Assembly: GCA_965206645.1 (NCBI GenBank)
Contig: CBDBKE010000004.1
Span: 992,001-1,056,000, forward strand
DNA length: 64,000 bases
From: Terriglobia bacterium
GTDB lineage: Bacteria; Acidobacteriota; Terriglobia; JAJPHL01; JAPKYU01
Reading direction: 5' to 3'
In this document: positions 61,897-64,000 of the stretch, piece by piece
How the letters are laid out: every line of letters begins with the position of its first letter
Position numbering within the stretch: the first letter of the stretch is position 1
Translations under genes and position numbers: made by a program
Notes under the pieces: model-generated
What the model was told of the DNA's origin: nothing
Databases searched by the model: none
The model's input: only the letters and a program-made list of their open reading frames with translations

Positions 61897-62145
61897 CGCA
61901 CCTTCGCGCTCCGTGCTCCGCAGCGGCTCTCGTGGAAGCAGTTGTACCGCCAGTTCGGCGCACACCCGGCCAAAGCCAGCCACCACCGCACCGTCCAAAA
62001 CTTCCGCAGCGAGGTGCTGCGCGAGTTGAAGAAGATCAAGCTGGCCTGGCCGGGCCTGAACTACGCCACGGCTCCGGGTGTCCTGATCCTGCATCCTTCA
62101 ACCCCCGTCATCGCCCCAGTGGATCAGCGTCAACTAGCAAGCTAG
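61897..62145 (+). pseudogene. RepA C-terminal fragment
   Basis: RTFALRAP...LYRQFG...ELKKIKLAWPGL paralogous to the repA above. Confidence 0.8.
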
Positions 62146-62258
62146 AACCGCAAAGCTCGCCCCTGACGGCCCCGCGAGTCGCGGGCGTTCGCCCGCCGCC
62201 GCGAGGTTTATCCACAGGTGCCAGTGATGCGGGGGAGTTTTCCACGACCATTCGGATA

Positions 62259-62389
62259 GGTACTGTCAAGTTGAGCAGAATCTGCCCGTTTTGCGGAAGG
62301 ATTCTGCTGGATCAGAGACTGAGAATCAATGACTTAGCGGTGGCGGCGGGCGGCGAGAATGCCGCCAAACTGCTTAACTTGACAGTACC
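62259..62389. mobile_element. 131-bp MITE copy 2
   Basis: Identical to 58622-58752, same orientation. Confidence 0.9.
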
Positions 62390-62437
62390 CTTGACAGCCC
62401 CGTCGATGCGGGCCTCGACGAGTTGATTTGCAGCCAT
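62390..62437 (-). pseudogene. RelB/DinJ antitoxin N-terminus cut by MITE
   Basis: AAGGAG RBS, MAANQLVEARIDGAVK then MITE. Confidence 0.65.
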
Positions 62438-62578
62438 GGTCGATTCTCCTTTGGTTGCATGAATGACATTATCATGCAAGATAGAAGGGAAGGCAAGGTG
62501 CCCGAGGCCGGTGAGGGAGTGTACGCTATTGGGGGTCACTCTTCCATCGGCCTCGAAAGGATTGCAGTCGGCCGGGGC

Positions 62579-63289
62579 TCACTTCTTGCGTCCTACCAGA
62601 AGGGTGTTTGGGCAATCCCGCCAGATACATTCAGCATGAAATTTGGCTTTGCGCATGGCAGCGAGTTCGTCGTCGAGTGGAAAGTAGGTGTCCTCCGCCG
62701 ACCACTCGGCGAAGTGCTCATAGGCGCGCTGTTCGTCGATGCCGCACGAAACCAGGTGGGCGGCCCATAGACGGTAGGACCGCGCGCGCGCCACCGGGTG
62801 TGCGCTGATGATCACGTCGGCGTTCACGAATACGCCGCCGGGGCGGAGCGCCCGGTAAATGCGTTCATATAGAGTGAGTTTGCGTTCCATGGTGGGGACG
62901 TGGTGCAGGGCCAGGGAAGTGGCCACGGCATCACATTCGGGGAGCAGAGCATCGAACGAACGGCGGCGGCAACGCGCGCGGGTTCCAAATCGCTTGAGCC
63001 GGATGCGCGCCTGGGCCAGCATCTCCGGATCTATGTCCACAGCTTCAACGGAACCGACGCATTCATGTTCCAGCACCGCTTCGGCCAAGGCACCCGTTCC
63101 CGCGCCGAGGTCAAGCACCAGGGTTGGGTGGGCACCGGCGATTTCGTTTGCGGCCCTGGTCAATCCTTCTTCGTAGCCTGGGATGAACTTGCGGATGGTA
63201 TCGTCGTAGGCATCAATCTCAAGGCGAAGATGACTGCGGACGGAGTGGCTCATAATTTGATCGTAGGCCGATGGTTCATAAACGCTCAC
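62579..63289 (-). CDS. Class I SAM-dependent methyltransferase
   Basis: VLDLGAGTG, SLALHH, LRPGGVFVNAD. Confidence 0.9.
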   Translation of the reverse strand: MSVYEPSAYDQIMSHSVRSHLRLEIDAYDDTIRKFIPGYEEGLTRAANEIAGAHPTLVLDLGAGTGALAEAVLEHECVGSVEAVDIDPEMLAQARIRLKRFGTRARCRRRSFDALLPECDAVATSLALHHVPTMERKLTLYERIYRALRPGGVFVNADVIISAHPVARARSYRLWAAHLVSCGIDEQRAYEHFAEWSAEDTYFPLDDELAAMRKAKFHAECIWRDCPNTLLVGRKK

Positions 63290-63563
63290 GTGCAGAACTT
63301 CTTTGCATCATCAAGTGGCATTGGTGCATGAATCGGCATAAGCAAGCACGCTGGAAACGCTTGTGAAACTGCAGGTTGGCTTATTCCAGGCTTGTTCTGG
63401 CTTAACCTGGCCTATTCATAAACGCAGACTGAGCCGCCCGCAATTCATATTCAGCGTAATGTAAAGCAGGCTCTGTTCAACCATCAAAACGTGTCAGGCT
63501 CACTTGTGAAGGTTCGGAGAGCGGCGGGTACCGGCCCCGCCGCTCTCCGATGCCTGCCGCACA

Positions 63564-63812
63564 CTAGGACTCCGCCTCCGGCTGTTCTTCCTGCCGAAGC
63601 TCGAAGATGCGCGAGCGGGCCTGATCGGCCACTTTCGCCAGCACCAACAGGTCGTTGCGACCGAAGCTCTGCGTCCTCTTCCATGCATCGCCGTCCTTGT
63701 AGAGACGGGAGAATGTGACATTGTGCCTCGTTCGGCCTCCGGTTTCGTTCAACCAAACGGTAGCCTTGACGCGACCGATACGGACTTCAGCAACGGGTTT
63801 GGAGTTAGCCAT
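63564..63812 (-). CDS. Small PC4-like/ssDNA-binding hypothetical protein
   Basis: RBS GGAGG; VKATVW.N...VTFSRLYKDG..W..SFGRNDL. Confidence 0.7.
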   Translation of the reverse strand: MANSKPVAEVRIGRVKATVWLNETGGRTRHNVTFSRLYKDGDAWKRTQSFGRNDLLVLAKVADQARSRIFELRQEEQPEAES

Positions 63813-64000
63813 GATCTGTTTCCTCCTGTGAAGTTAAGGGTTTGTGAGCGTTTCCGCTCACCCCCGAATGGCGGAAACGGCCAAACCCTGACACGGGAGG
63901 AACAGCGCCACCGAAGCCGGTGACGGGCAGAGCCGACAAGGGCAACGGCGAGTGCCAGACGCCGGAAGGCGAGGGGACCCGTTCTGGCGCAAGCCGTGCG

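Larger units (their letters stand above)
22912..64000 (-). mobile_element. Integrative conjugative element/genomic island at tRNA-Ala (right end not seen)
   Basis: Integrase converging on the tRNA 3' end, xis, VirB/VirD4 cluster, ArdC and mobile cargo; no second tRNA 3' copy noticed in the window. Confidence 0.8.

Noticed and set aside
58622-62389. Simple composite transposon formed by the MITE pair
   Set aside because: Outer flanks (GGAA / CTTG) show no target duplication
1-64000. CRISPR array or rRNA
   Set aside because: No regularly spaced repeat-spacer units or rRNA motifs seen

Overview
GC-rich bacterial chromosome window; gene content (TIGR03437-like, DUF507, DUF885, BshB1) suggests an Acidobacterium, by inference. 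Bases 1-22.8 kb are core/near-core genes (glyS/glyQ, recO, PfkB kinase, rhomboid, glutaredoxin, bshB1, M48 protease, di-heme cytochrome c peroxidase, an intact IS1380, quinone oxidoreductase, enolase-family enzyme). From tRNA-Ala(GGC) at 22836 to the window end lies an integrative conjugative element or island. It carries a tyrosine integrase, excisionase, VirB11, VirD4, VirB2/3/4/5/6/8/9 and a frameshifted VirB10, a Replic_Relax-type (non-HUH) relaxase candidate and ArdC, followed by mosaic cargo (IS3, IS110/IS481/IS5 remnants, DUF5131-TcmP, cyclase-like gene, TA fragments, plasmid-type repA copies, two identical 131-bp MITEs). The strongest new signal is a Cre-like recombinase gene (44949-45932) bracketed by two loxP-like palindromic sites whose asymmetric spacers are exact reverse complements. 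The left site abuts the RBS of a ~1390-aa FN3/cadherin surface protein, which points to a self-inverting promoter switch for an adhesin. Product names come from motif recognition only; no database searches were run.
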